A DNA stretch of 64,000 bases. Origin: Cycas panzhihuaensis. Taxonomy: Eukaryota; Plantae; Cycadophyta. The stretch is taken from assembly GCA_023213395.1 (NCBI GenBank), contig CM041465.1, positions 101,191,741 to 101,255,740 of the forward strand, in the 5' to 3' direction. The notes beneath the pieces were generated by a model, which searched no databases, was not told the origin of the DNA, and saw only the letters and a program-made list of their open reading frames with translations. The position numbers and the translations under genes were made by a program. This document shows positions 51,942 through 64,000 of this stretch, piece after piece; the first letter of the stretch is position 1, and each line of letters begins with the position of its first letter.

Positions 51942-54880
51942 ATGCGACACTTCTCACATTGCTTACGAGGTCTTCCCACGTTGTTAGAAGATCCTTCGTA
52001 TGATCCCCTTTCATCGTCAGATTCTGATTTGACCATGGAAGGTTACTCCTATGATTGGTCATACCACGCTTATACCACTAGCACCCATGAGTTTCCTACC
52101 TCTTTCCTAGGGTCTACCCAAAAGGGTGATGACCCTATCTATTATCTGGGTGATCAACAACACCCCCACGATGTCCATCCCTCCACTCATGGAGTGGAGG
52201 TTTCATCTTCTCTTAAGTTCTATCACCCAAGTGATGATTCTTACGAGGAGCATCCTGAGGGGTCTGTTTTATTAGAGGTTCCATCTACCTCTTACGATTG
52301 GGTGGATACCCCTCCCACTGATGTGGGTGAAGCTCTCAATGTGTGCTTTCACGCTGCTCACCTTCAACCACATCCTAAATGGTTTGAAGATGCCTTGCGT
52401 AGTGGGAAACATTCCTCATCCATATCTACCCCACCACCTTCATCTACATCTATCCCACCTACGACAAGTAATCTATTTGTCCCACCACATATATCCCGTT
52501 CAATTCTAACATCCACCTTAGGGACATCCATTGTGCTTTCTACTCCTCTTTATGGTCCTAACTCTTCTGGGGCCTCTCGTGGTATGTCTTTCTCCCAGCT
52601 TGGGGTTAGCATGCCTCTCCCTAGCCAAGCGAATATGCCACCTCCTAACGTGGTGCACGTATTCCCTATTAGACCTAGAGGACCTACTAATGCCTCTACT
52701 ACTAGTCATGTGGGACCCGTCTTTACATGCTCCCAAACCTAGTCTAGTGGGCCTTCTCTTTAGGTACCTCTAGGCTATACATCTCAGCCTTAGGGGCATG
52801 GTAAAGGGAACCATAATCTCGTTTATGGGGTGGACCCTTTACACCCATATAGGGTCATGCCACCCACGGGCAGCCCATATGAGCAGAATTTGGTCCCTCA
52901 CCCCTCCTTTCCATTATCTTGCATAGCACCTTACATCGCGCCTTCTCAAGGAGGCCCAACTCCTTTGCAAGGTGCCTTTCCTCAAGTCCCTTTTCAACAA
53001 GGGTGTTTCCTCAAGGAGGGATGGGCCCTCTAACCCCCATCCTCTCCTTATTCATTGCCTTCTTCATATTTTGTCGATCCTATGATCCAAGCAAGGGTAT
53101 GTCCCTTTTCAATAAGAGGCATTTCTTAAAGGAGGGATGGGCCCTCTACCCCCATCTACTCCTTGTTTATTGCCTTCTTCATCTTTTGTCAATCGTATGA
53201 TTCAGGGTAGGGAACATCCCTTTATGGATTATAAATCGACACCCTTATCTATTGAGATGCTAAGAACCAACTTACCGCCTCACCCCCTGAAGTTCCTAAG
53301 TTCGATGGAACTTCATCGCAGGATCTAACAAAGCATGTTCATAGTTTCTATATGGCATGCATAGACTACTAGGCCTATGATCACATCTGGATGAAATTAT
53401 TTCTATGATATCTCTAAGGCAATGCCCTCAAGTGGTTTTATCACCTACCTGCTCATTCCATCTTCTCATTCCAGCAACTTATGGATGAGTTCATCAACTA
53501 TTTTGATGTAGCTCATCCTTTTGAGAGTGGAATAAAATCTCTCCTCTCGCTTAAACAGGGTCACGATGAAATGAATCGTGACTTTGTGCAACAATTCCAT
53601 GACCTCCTCCATTCCACCAAGGCTACTTTACCCGAGGAATTAAAGAGGGACATATTTATCAATGTAATTCACCCAAAAGTCTATGTGGAAGTCCTTAAGA
53701 TGGGGGCAACCACATGTGATTCCGCCACTGCAAAATGTTTGGCACTTGAGGCTATTAAGATCTAGGCTGGACTCACTTGAGAAGAAGTGGTGCTTTATTC
53801 ATGGAGAGTGCTTCCATGATGACTTGCACTGCTGGGTTTAACATCCTAGGGATGCCCCACAATGTGACCCTTCTCCCAAATAGGCCTCAAGGCCCAATCT
53901 TGACCAACCAGTCCATAGAGATCTATTCCCTAAGCATGGAGAATGGGATCATAATTCCCAACAAAAGAACAACTAGAACTAAGGAAGATCTCTGAACCCC
54001 CACCCTTCATATGGTAAGGAGAAGGGCACACGGGGTTCATCTTCCTCCTCACGTTCCCTTGATCACCATACCCCTTTACCTTCGTGATCTTGGAACAAGG
54101 GAAAGAAGATGATCTAGATGCTTAAGGCCACCCCTCTATATGCTTTAACTCGATCTCAAGCCACCAAAGAGGCAATCAGTGCCTCTTCATCTATCCTACA
54201 TCTTGATCCTCTTGTGGAAGTCTGTTTGCTTCCCAAGACTATCCCCATCTTCCCAGGTTACTAGGACTTTAGGAGAGCCCTTCCTCAACCTACGCTGAAA
54301 GAAAGGCCCTTTTTTGTTGTCGATGAGCTTCATACTATGGCTGTCGGGATGTCTATTTTGGATGTCTTGAGAAGTTATCTTGAACAGCGGACATTCCTTT
54401 TAGAAGCTTTAGGATTGGGTGACGCGCCTGTTCATGCTTTGGGTATTGCCCAAAGTCGTAAGCCCGTCATTTCCTTTGATCCTAAAGATCTTCCTCCTGC
54501 TAGTGAAAGGGAGTGCTAATGGAACTTTCCTTTCACCATTACTATTGATATACCTGATTGCACTTTGTGAAGGACCATTATCAACAATGGCTCTTCCGTA
54601 AATGCCATGCCCTTGCGTGTTATGTAAGAGCTTGGTATTTCCACCTTGGAACCTATTCCATGGCGATTCTAAGGCTATAATAGTAGCGAGAAGACTCCTT
54701 TAGGATCCATTTTAATCCCCCTTACTCTTGAGGACAAGATTATCCTTATTGATATTGTAGTCCTCGATGTAGACGTCGACTACAATCTCCTTTTGGGATG
54801 ACCATGGCTCGATCAAATGGGAGTTGTGTATTCAACCTGCTGGGGGCAACTCAAGTTCGTCCACGATGGGTGAATGAGGG
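51942..54880 (+). pseudogene. Tat gag and aspartic protease (fragmented)
   Basis: S/P-rich N-terminus; gag core PKFDG...MKLF...GNALKWFYHLP; zinc knuckle WCFIHGECFHDDLHC; PR IINNGSSVNAMP...DYNLLLG*PWL. Confidence 0.85.
52986..53213 (+). repeat. ~114-bp tandem duplication inside gag
   Basis: GTCCCTTTTCAA...GGAGGGATGGGCCCTCT... starts at 52986 and again at 53101. Confidence 0.85.
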
Positions 54881-55679
54881 TTGTTTCCCCTGAATGCCTA
54901 CCTGTTAAACAATCCTGTCAAACTAATTAAGCAAGCCATGGTTGAGCAAAAGGGGACAAAGGCCCTTCCATCTATGCCTCTGCTTGTTCTATTGGCATCC
55001 CTTATTTGTCTTATTCAGAAGGTGATCCTACATCTTCTTCTTTAAACCTTACCCATTTTGCTCCTATTAGTGTTGGAAGCTATGGGTACCTTGTTATATT
55101 TAATGACGACGAGTCCAATGGCGATGATGAGGACCTCCCTCACCCTATTTTCCTTCTTCGTACCAGTAGGAGGCACTCTCCTAATGCTAGGTCCCAACCT
55201 AGAACCTCTTATGTCAGAGAGACTGATCACTCCCTTGTATCGTACATTATTGCTCACATTGATCCACCAATCCTTGAGTCTTCCCCTTCATCACCCCCGC
55301 AAGTGATGAATCTGGGGAACCTCCTTTTGCCCCTTACAAGGGGCCCTTTCATGACTCTTTTGTAGAGTCTCTTAAGAATGTTGGGCAGCCTGTCGACCAC
55401 CGCGGTCTCGTCGTTCCCACTTCCTCTCATGCCTCATCTATTCAGAGTAAGGTCATATACGGGGTGGATTACTTCGAGGACTATAAGGCTCTACTTGAGC
55501 ATTTAGTGGGCTCCATGCCCAACCTTCCTTCTGGTCACCATCGACTTAGCCACCAGAAGATCTTAGCGATTAGGTCCACTCTTGTCGACCCAATGCCATC
55601 TCCTGTTTTGTCTCCTCCCATTTACCTTTCCCCCCTTCATTTTAAGGAGGGGAATGCCATGTGCATGGTGGTAACCCAA

Positions 55680-58467
55680 GACATAGTCCTCACCCCAGGC
55701 AAGGTCATTAATGTGGGGGTAGAATGTTCTCCTGATGAGGTAAGGGAATACTCCCCTTTGTTCCAGGAGTTCCAAGATGTTTTTGCATGGGACTATTCTG
55801 ACATGAAGGGAATCAACCCATCCATTGTCACCCACAACCTTACCACCATTCCTAGTGCTCGTCCCGTGTACCAGAAATAATGCCCACTTCATCCCAAGCT
55901 CTCAGATGCCATCAAAATGGAGGTTGATAAACTCCTAAATGTAAGAATAATCACTTCCATTGACTACCCTAGATGGGTATCTAAAATTGTCCCTATTGCT
56001 AAAAAGAAGGGGACCATCTAGATTTGCGTTGATTTCTATGATATCAACAATGCATGTCCTAAAGATAACTTTCCGCTTTTGTTCATCGATCAGATTATCG
56101 ATCGAACCACTAGTTTTAAAGTCATGTCCTTGATGGACAGCTTCTCCGGTTATAATTAAATTCAAATCTCTCCTGAAGAATGCCATAAGATGGCCTTTAC
56201 CACCCCATGGGGTACCTTCGCCTATAAGGCAATGCCCTTCGAATTGAAGAATACAGGCACCACTTATCATAGGGTGATGCACTCCATCTTTCATGACCTT
56301 ATCAATAACACGTTGGAGGTCTTTATGGATAATATGATGGGACTCCTACGCGTTAGAGCCCATCACCCTTTAGATTTACGGGCCATCTTCGCACGATGCC
56401 GCAAATACCACATAAGTCTCAATCTATTCAAATGTGTGTTCGTCATCACTTCTGGCAAACTCCTTAGTTTCCTTGTGTCGAAACAAGGAATTCAAAATTG
56501 ACCTTGATAAAGTCAAGGTAGTCCTTGACATATCGCCGCCTAAAACTCAATGACAGATTAAGTCATTTTTAGGTAGGCTCAGATTCCTTAGGTATTTTTT
56601 GGCGAACTTCACCATAAATGCTAAACCTCTTACTAACCTATTAAAGAAGGGAGCCCCATTTATTTGGTTGGATAAAGCCTAACAAGCTTTCAAAGGACTT
56701 AAGGAAGCCCTTGCTTCCGCTCTGACGTTGGCACCCCCTCAGTTTGATAAGCCTTTCATCCTATATACCTCAGTACCTGATGAGTCCTTGGGCGCCATGC
56801 TGGCCTAAGAGGATGACTTGGGAACCGAGAAAGCTATTTACTTCATCAATTGCACCCTCATGGCTGCCAAACTTAACTATTCTCTAGCCAAGAAGGAATG
56901 CCTCTTCTTGGTTCACGCGACCAAGAAGTTCAGGCACTACTTGCTCAAAAACATGACTAAGGTGATCATTCAATCTGATCCCCTGCGTTATTTACTCACT
57001 CATTCTGATTTGATAGGTAGGGCTAGCCATTGGGCCGTCCTCCTTTAGGAATTCGATCTCCACATTGTTAACAAGAAATTGAAGAAGGGGATGGTAGTAT
57101 CATAATAGCTTACAGATGCCCTCATCCCTAGCTCGTTTGATACTCTCATTGACGACTCTCTCATTGATGAGTCTATCTTACCTATTCAGGGCACTCCTTC
57201 CCATCCACTCGCTAATAATGAGTGGTATGGTGACATCATACAGTGCCTTACTCAGCAGCACTACCACCCAGAAGCTAGTAATAAGATTAAGTCATGCATT
57301 CATACCACTGCTAAATAATACTTCCTTATGGATGAAGTATTGTACAAGAGATCCTTTAACGGGATCCTTCTCCATTGCGTCAATCCTGACGAAGCAGACC
57401 AAATACTCTGTGAATACCACCATGGCATTTGCAGGGGCCACTTCGGAGGCCAATCCATGGCCTAGAGGATCCTTAGTATGGGCTATTATTGGCTATCCCT
57501 TTTCAAGGATGCCCATGCCTACGCCTTCAGATGTCGATGGTGCCAGGAGCACGCCAACATCACCCACATGCCTTCTTAGGCTTTACACCCCATTATATCT
57601 CCATGGACTTTCTCCCAATGGGGTTTGGACCTTATTGGGGCCATGTCATCACCCTCTTTGTTGCAACATATGTTTATCTTGACTGCCACGGAGTACTTCA
57701 CGAAATGGGTGGAAGCCATCTCCTTGATTACCACTCCTGGCAAGACGATAGCCACCTTCATCTACTAGTATATCATTTGCCGCTTTGGGATTCCCGACGT
57801 CTTGATTATAGATAATGGAACTCTTTTTTGTAACAAGGAGATGGACATGATTTATGAGAAATTCAAATTTTCTCACAAAACCTCTTCTCCTTATTACCCC
57901 TAGGCAAATGGCCAAGTTAAGTCATTTAACAAAACTCTCATCAACATTTTAAAGAAAACCATTGCCCAATCTCAAAGAGATTGGCACCTCTAACTCCCTT
58001 CCATCCTATGGGCCTATCGCACCTTTATCTGCACTACTACGAGTATGACTCTGTTCTCCCTAATCTACGGGACCGAGGCAGTACTCCCATTGGAAGTGGA
58101 GATCCCCTCTCTACGAGTTTCTCTTTGAGGTCTTATCGATGAGGAGTCTATTCATCAGGCTCACCTCCTAGATCTCAAGGCTTTGGATAAGAGATGTTTA
58201 GCTGTGTACCAAGAGAACCTTGCATCCAAATCTCACTCATAAAGGACTTACAATAAACACCTTTGTTCTCATCCTTTGTATCTCAGGGACAAAGTCCTCA
58301 AATTAGAATACCTCCATGATCACTTGACTAAATTCAGACCTAAGTGGGTCAATCCCTTTGTCGTTCTCGAGAGTCTTGCTAACGACACCGATAGGATTGC
58401 CACCTTCGAGGGCCTCGAATTCGAGAAAGTTGTTAATGGAAAGTTCTTTAAGAAGGTTTATGCATGA
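55680..58467 (+). pseudogene. Tat RT - RNase H - integrase (fragmented)
   Basis: FQDVFAWDYSDMKG, MDSFSGYN, AFTTPWGTF, EVFMDN (YxDD decayed), LNYSLAKKECL. INT has HHCC, WGLDLIG, EYFTKWVEA, and ends VVNGKFFKKVYA*. There is no room for aRH between RH and INT. Confidence 0.93.
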
Positions 58468-59122
58468 TCCCTTTACTATCTCCTTCACGCTCTAAAATGA
58501 GCCTAAACTACCATCCTAAGCTTATTCCCATTCCTTCTAGCCACAGGTAGGATGGTAGCTTAGGGTGGCCTTCCATTCCTTTTAGGTTCCTCCTACGAAA
58601 CCCCTATTCATGTTTCTCTGGGAACCTTGTCCTCCTTTTTGGGCATATCCCCTAACTAGGATGACGCATTGGAGTGTCATTACACTCTTGTCATTAGCGC
58701 TTCCTTTGTATATCCCACTATGCTCCTATCTAGATATATGTGCCACCCTATCTCCTAGCCTTACATGTATCTATCGCCACTACTAATGGTGATCGTGTGT
58801 GCTCCTATTAGGAATATGGCCCTGCATAAAAGGAAGTATATATAACTCAAACAAAAAACATAGCATGAAATCATACAATAATCAAGTTAAAATATCATCA
58901 ACTATATCCCTGTGCATCTGTGCACCCTCATATATATACATACATAAATAAAAAAACATAAATATACATCATCCATCACATGTCTCATACGTATCATCAT
59001 ATACCAAATGGGGTATCAATCACCTTGTCTATATGCATAAAATAATCATCATGTATCATATCATATAATGGGTATGGCACATCATTCATAGGAAGCCAGA
59101 ATCCTTGCAGGGAGGAGTACAA

Positions 59123-61635
59123 TCATGTGGTAATATATGGTGGCTCCCTGGAGGTCCATGCTTTCCCATGTCAGATTAAGACTCCTACTCTACTCTACTA
59201 TTGCCCTGCCCCTAGGGCTTCATCTCCTAGCCTATGTGATCCCTCTCCTGGGGACCACATGCCTCCTAGGCTCCTCTTGCACCTTTGGGAGCTCTCTGGC
59301 TTGCTCCCCTCGTCCTGAGGCCTCATAGGGGTTGTCACTGCCGTGTATGTATAGGTCCTGCTCCTTGACGACCTCGAGGCCACCTTGTCCACCAGCTAAT
59401 CATATCGAGCCTGGATATGATCCTCATCTCCCTTCACTCCTTAGAGGCTCTCCTCTATCCTGTGGAGATGCTCCTCTAACACTGGCATCCTAATCCAGCT
59501 CTCAGCGTCCCCTCTGGCATCTCCCTATGCCTCCAATGCCTATAGCTAGCTTCGTAGAGCGTCCCTCTTGACCTGGGTCTCTTCTAGCTTCACCTATAGG
59601 TGTCCCACACGTGCCTCATGCTCCTAGGACTTCGCTATTTAGATATCCCTCACCCTCACCAATGGGGTGAATGTCGTCATGTGTGCACCTACCAATTTGT
59701 TCTCATTTCCAACCTGGATGGGAGGTTGCCCCTCTGTGTAGGCCTGGGGGAACATCTCCCAAACTACTGCCTCCGCTAATCTTTGGATCTCTACCATACC
59801 TGCAAATCCAACATGTCACGTATTAGCACATGTCCATATATATACTGAACAAAATCAAATAGCATCTAGACACCTGGTAATCGAAAGATGACAGGAGAGG
59901 GTAGTGTCTCATCTGGAGCAGCCATCGACTGCTCGACTTAGGTGATAACTTCCACTCTGGGTGCTCCACTAGTTATCGGTACCTCCTCCTCCTCTGGTAC
60001 CTCCTCCGTAACTGCCTTAACTACTCAGGCGTCTCTCCTCTCCTCTGTTGGTGCTGCTGCCTCCCTAGATCTCCTCATTATCTGTAGTCTCTGGGCTTGG
60101 GTCACTAGGTCCCTGCTCTCCTCCGCAACTCCTAAAGGGCCCGCCTCTCCTCCTGCGGTCCTCGACGGACCTGCCTCTCCTCCCGTAGTCCCTAATGGAC
60201 CTCCCTCTCCTCCTATGGCTCTTAACAGGCCAACCCCGTCGCCTCCATCTCCACCATCTCCTAGGGTGCCTCCTGCTCCACCTACCTCATCATCACTGTC
60301 CCACCTCACCTCTCGATATGAATCTGATATGTAATCTACCATGGTGAGGAGGTCTAGTAATGTAGCCTCCACCAAATGACAGACATGAGCCTGGTCCTCA
60401 GTCCCTCTAAACCTGATCTGCCACCTGTATACCATGGAAGCCCACTTTGAAATGGGGTGTGGTCCCCCCGTCGATGCCACCGCTCTGAAGTGATCGAAAA
60501 ACCAACACTGTAGAAGGGTGTTGTATGATAGGCCACTCTTCCCTGCCACCCGGATAGCATCTAGCTAGGTGACTAAGTTTGTCGTTATAAGGGTAGCATA
60601 ATCAAGCCTCTCCCTGGCCTCACATCTCCTCACAGCATCCATCCACCCACCAAGAATGTCTTGATAGTCCTGTTTCTAGGATATCCATAACAGAATGCAT
60701 AGAGTAATCAGTTTCCTCACACAAGGAACTCCTGGCATAACCATACTCTGTAATGGGATACCTCTCGTCTTCCATCTATCCACGCCTGTAAAGAATGTGG
60801 CTACCTCCCTATGTATTGCCTCATTATTGAGAAGCGTCCCTAGTAATGCTAGCCTCCTAGCCACTAACACTCCCAAGATCCTCCTAATGTTCCCCGGCGT
60901 AACTGTCACATCTCCTACCTGGGGGAGATGGAATACATGTCTCCTCCTATCCTAGTGGGAGATAATGTCTACTAAAAGCCTCTAATCAGATGCATAATGT
61001 GGTGTCCTCATGACCTTTAGCAGGCCATACCTAGCCAGCACCTATCTGTCCTCGTGGGACATCATCTCAATAAAGCTCAACATCATCATACCGATGTTCT
61101 CACGGTTGTCCACTGATATTACCGCCTACAAAACACCCCAAAACAAGTCAGAATCATACTCATACTTACCTCTCTGCCCTCTAGACTATCCCTCATCTCT
61201 GTTTGGTCAAGATTTGGGTGCCCTTAGTGCCCCTTCTTTATTTTTTCTTCAGGTTTGCCTTCGCACCACACCAAACTCTGCAGTACCATGGAGTTTGGCT
61301 TGGGTCCCGCGGTGATCAGGGCCCTGCGGCAAAGATCGTAGAACCTTGATCTTTGTCATGGTGTGAACGTCACTCCCCTAAAAGGGGGGATTTTCTACCC
61401 CAAAAAACCCAAACTTTTACCTGGGTGAGCCAATATTAGGCTCACCAGGATCGGGGCTACCTAATACCCCAGTCCTGCCTCTCTCTGGGTCTAATTTGGA
61501 CTCTAGGAGATTGTGTTTTGCCTTTTAGAGACCCAAAACTACATTAAAAAATACCAACAAGTAATAAATTTTAAATTATGACATGGGGTTGGGTTTAGAT
61601 GATCCACTCACTAGGTTTGGTCTTGTTGTCGCCAT
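59123..61635 (-). pseudogene. Antisense spliced plant-mobile-domain (PMD, aminotransferase-like) gene carried by the Tat element
   Basis: Model: exons 61635-61612, 61538-61170, 61125-59874 and 59799-~59123, all joining in one frame with only nonsense substitutions. PMD motifs LLVDIISH*DRRRHVFHLPQVGDVTVTPGNIRRILG and LLQCWFFDHF, then Gly-rich repeats and a coiled-coil-like tail. The two 5' exons and the stop position are less certain. Confidence 0.8.
60118..60225. repeat. 30-bp tandem repeat (~3.5 units) encoding GGE(A/G)GP in the PMD protein
   Basis: CCTCTCCTCC...GTC units recur at a 30-nt period; translation GGEGGPLGTT GGEAGPSRTA GGEAGPLGVA. Confidence 0.8.
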
Positions 61636-61795
61636 CTCATTACTCCGGTCACACTGGCTGTCTCCTCGCCTTGATCCAATGGTTGGATCCTCATTTGTGC
61701 TCCTCTGAAGTCAGAAAGCGCTCCACTGCGTAAGGAAATGGGCTCTGATTCGTTCGTGAGCCCATGAAAATAAATCCCACTTTCATCAAATTTCC

Positions 61796-61802
61796 TTATA
61801 TA
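61796..61802 (-). promoter_or_regulatory. Candidate TATA box of the antisense PMD gene
   Basis: Minus strand GCCTATATAAGG, ~160 bp upstream of gagATGGCG at 61635. Confidence 0.5.
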
Positions 61803-62308
61803 GGCGGGGGCCCCGACAAATACTTTCTCTATTTTTGCCTTCAAGATAGCCCTTAAGGCCATCTCTCACCCCTGATCATCATTGCCTTCTGGCCCTGTTT
61901 CCTCTTTCACCTCTATAGCCCCTGTTTTACTCATTCTTTTAGGTGCATTTATGGGGCCTTACCAACTCATTTCTACCAGGGCCCTTTTATCTCATTTTGC
62001 GTGCCACTCCTATGCATGCCCAAGTTTATACTCATTTGGCTTGTTTCACTGCCCTAGACCCATTTTTACATCTCATTCGTGTCCCTGGGGTCTCCAAAGG
62101 GAATGCTCTCTTAAGCAACCTTTGGCATCCCAAGGTAGTCCTTTCACCACCTGCTCTCTCCTAGTGGCCGGATAGTCTACTCCTATACTTGGGTAGCCTC
62201 ATTGTTGGGTCCTCTTACCCATCACGGCCATCATTGCTAACCATATGAGCCCCTTTTCTTCACCTTCGACTCTATTATATTTCTTCCCACTGAGGTACTT
62301 TCTCATCC

Positions 62309-62731
62309 ATGACTCTCTTCATCTTCACTGATGGTAGAAGCCATGGTAATCTTAGTCCCTCCACCATCACATGGATTCTTCATGACCCTTCTGGATATGA
62401 TTTCCTACGTTCTTGAGTCTTCCTCCCTGAGGCTACCAATAATGAAGCCAAGTATATAGTTGTTATTGAAACCCTCACCGATGCACTCTGTTTCCACCAC
62501 GGACCCATTGTTCTCCTTTGTAACTCCCAGGTTGTGGTGTCCCATCTCACCCAGGTCTACCAGGTGGAATGCCCACACTTGAGAGCCCCCGCTTCGACCG
62601 TCAAGTCTTTATTGGCTTCTTTTTAGTCTGTTAGCATTCAACACATCTCTCAGGCCCTCAACATTAAGGCAAACAGCCTCGTCTACCTCATCCTTGAGTG
62701 TTGCCTTCCCCTTCTTGATGATCGCCCTTGA
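62309..62731 (+). pseudogene. Stand-alone archaeal-type RNase H (aRH) ORF, 140 aa, with two nonsense codons
   Basis: MTLFIFTDGRSHGN...W...PSG...ATNNEAKY...CNSQVVV...YQV...QHISQALNIKANSL matches the RNase HI pattern DG/TNNxAEY/DS/HxxRxxNxxAD. Three catalytic acidic residues are decayed by G>A. Absent from the ORF track. Confidence 0.88.
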
Positions 62732-63148
62732 GAGACTTGCCTAGTCGACCAGTCGCCCAAGTCTCAGGCCATCTTGCTCCTTATTTTGTGATCTATTCAC
62801 ACCTCTGAAAGCCAGCCGCTAATAAGGTTAAACTATAGCAACCCCTAAGTTTGTTCGTGCACTCTATCTTTTGTGATCATCATGCACCTCCCTTGCACCC
62901 TCACGATGGGGGCATCCCCCTCATCCATCATAGCTTCTGATTAATTCTCTGGGTGACACGTAGGCAGTCCCTACATTGTCTCAACCCCCATTCTCATATC
63001 CATGCATTCCACCATGACACTTACTGCCACCCTTGGTTCTTGTCACTATTATGATTATTATATACACGTGCTACTGACAGTTGTTATTACTAGCATTTGC
63101 CATCGCACCATACTTTTGAGCAACAAAGCTCTGCTGCCAAGGGGATAG

Positions 63149-64000
63149 TGTTTCTTGGCTACTGGGAATGGGTATGGACGAATCGACTCAGGTAAGCACA
63201 GGTATATCTTCCCCTTTATCTCAATGTGGATCAGGACATTATTTGGGTTGCATGGTTTGATTAGCTTATTTTATGATTGGTTATGCATCTCGTTTGAGCA
63301 CCTTGTATGTCTCTAGCCTATGACGACCTCTTCACGGGACATACTCCTTAGTGAGTTATGTACCCCCATGGAATTTCACAATCCTCTGCGTGACCTCCAC
63401 ATCGCCTCGAGCTTCTTCCACTTGGTGTGATCTACTCATACCTCATCTAACTACCACAACCCCTAGCTTCCCTAGGAGTGGTAGGCATTTTCTCCTGTTC
63501 CTAGCATCCTTGGGACTCTTTCCTCATGATATCCTACCCAGTCTAGTCGATTCACCCCTTCAGACTATCCCCAACCATGTGGGTAGGACAGATGGCCCCT
63601 CTTAGGCCCAAGATATCCCTATTTTGGGCTCATGGGACCCTTACTTTGGCCATTTTTGTATCTTGGCTTGGCACTACTGTAAACTTGGTAGTATTGCGAA
63701 GTTTATCATGGTGTGATTGTTGTCTACTATTTTTTATATCTGTCGTGGAAATTCTCACCTTTTTCGTAGAATTACCACGTGGATAAGTTGCCAAATAGAC
63801 CCTACCCAAATCCTAATTGCTCGATTAGGGTTAGGATAGGTATATATCCCAAAAACTCATTCATTTTGGATCTTCTAAGGTCTCCAACAACATTCCTTCT
63901 ACTACAATCCTATACTCTCTTCCCTTCTTCTCACAGGTACATCTGTGACACTGGAGTTTCTACCATTCCAACCAAGGATACACCTATAGCAGCTCTGATA
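63149..64000 (+). repeat. 3' LTR of the Tat element (partial)
   Basis: Colinear with 48996-49847. About 14 differences in the first ~105 bp, essentially all transitions. PPT at 63139-63148. Confidence 0.95.

Larger units (their letters stand above)
48996..64000 (+). mobile_element. Ty3/gypsy Tat-lineage element with TatIII-like architecture (gag-PR-RT-RH-INT, antisense PMD gene, separate aRH); 3' LTR runs off the window
   Basis: 48996-49847 is repeated at 63149-64000, with PPT AAGGGGATAG before the second copy. Tat-type RT/INT motifs. An archaeal-type RNase H lies downstream of INT. Confidence 0.93.

Noticed and set aside
54890-55680. Long PR-RT spacer considered as an Ogre-type intron or an aRH relic
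   Set aside because: No convincing splice pair and no RNase H motifs seen.
59942-60334. Pro/Ser-rich plus-strand ORF resembling an extensin
   Set aside because: It is the antisense shadow of the Gly/Glu-rich part of the PMD gene.
61378-61420. 43-nt GT-AG segment considered as another PMD intron
   Set aside because: Splicing it breaks the frame to the PMD exon, whereas reading through preserves it.
1-64000. CRISPR arrays, rRNA or intact tRNA genes, prokaryotic systems
   Set aside because: None seen; the window is eukaryotic retroelement-rich DNA.

Overview
Gene-poor, transposon-dense plant nuclear DNA, most likely a gymnosperm (inferred from the TatIII-type element and the heavy C>T/G>A decay). 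The only host gene is a secreted Pollen Ole e 1/PAC-domain gene on the minus strand at 1-645; it has one intron and runs off the window edge. The rest is nested, decayed retroelements. These are: three Ty1/copia elements (two with both LTRs); a 3.3-kb gag-only LTR element with a perfect TSD; a 3'-truncated L1-type LINE; several generations of a Tat-lineage Ty3/gypsy family; and a 309-bp TRIM. The best-preserved gypsy (48996 to >64000) carries, after pol, an antisense intron-containing plant-mobile-domain (PMD) gene placed head-to-head with a stand-alone sense archaeal-type RNase H that the ORF track misses. Two other structural signals stand out. All four copia-type elements have an inverted repeat that puts the PPT/U3 junction in a hairpin loop, and the TRIM has a tRNA-like Pol III A/B-box layout across its LTR-PBS junction. 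All translations and divergence counts were done by eye; no database searches were run.
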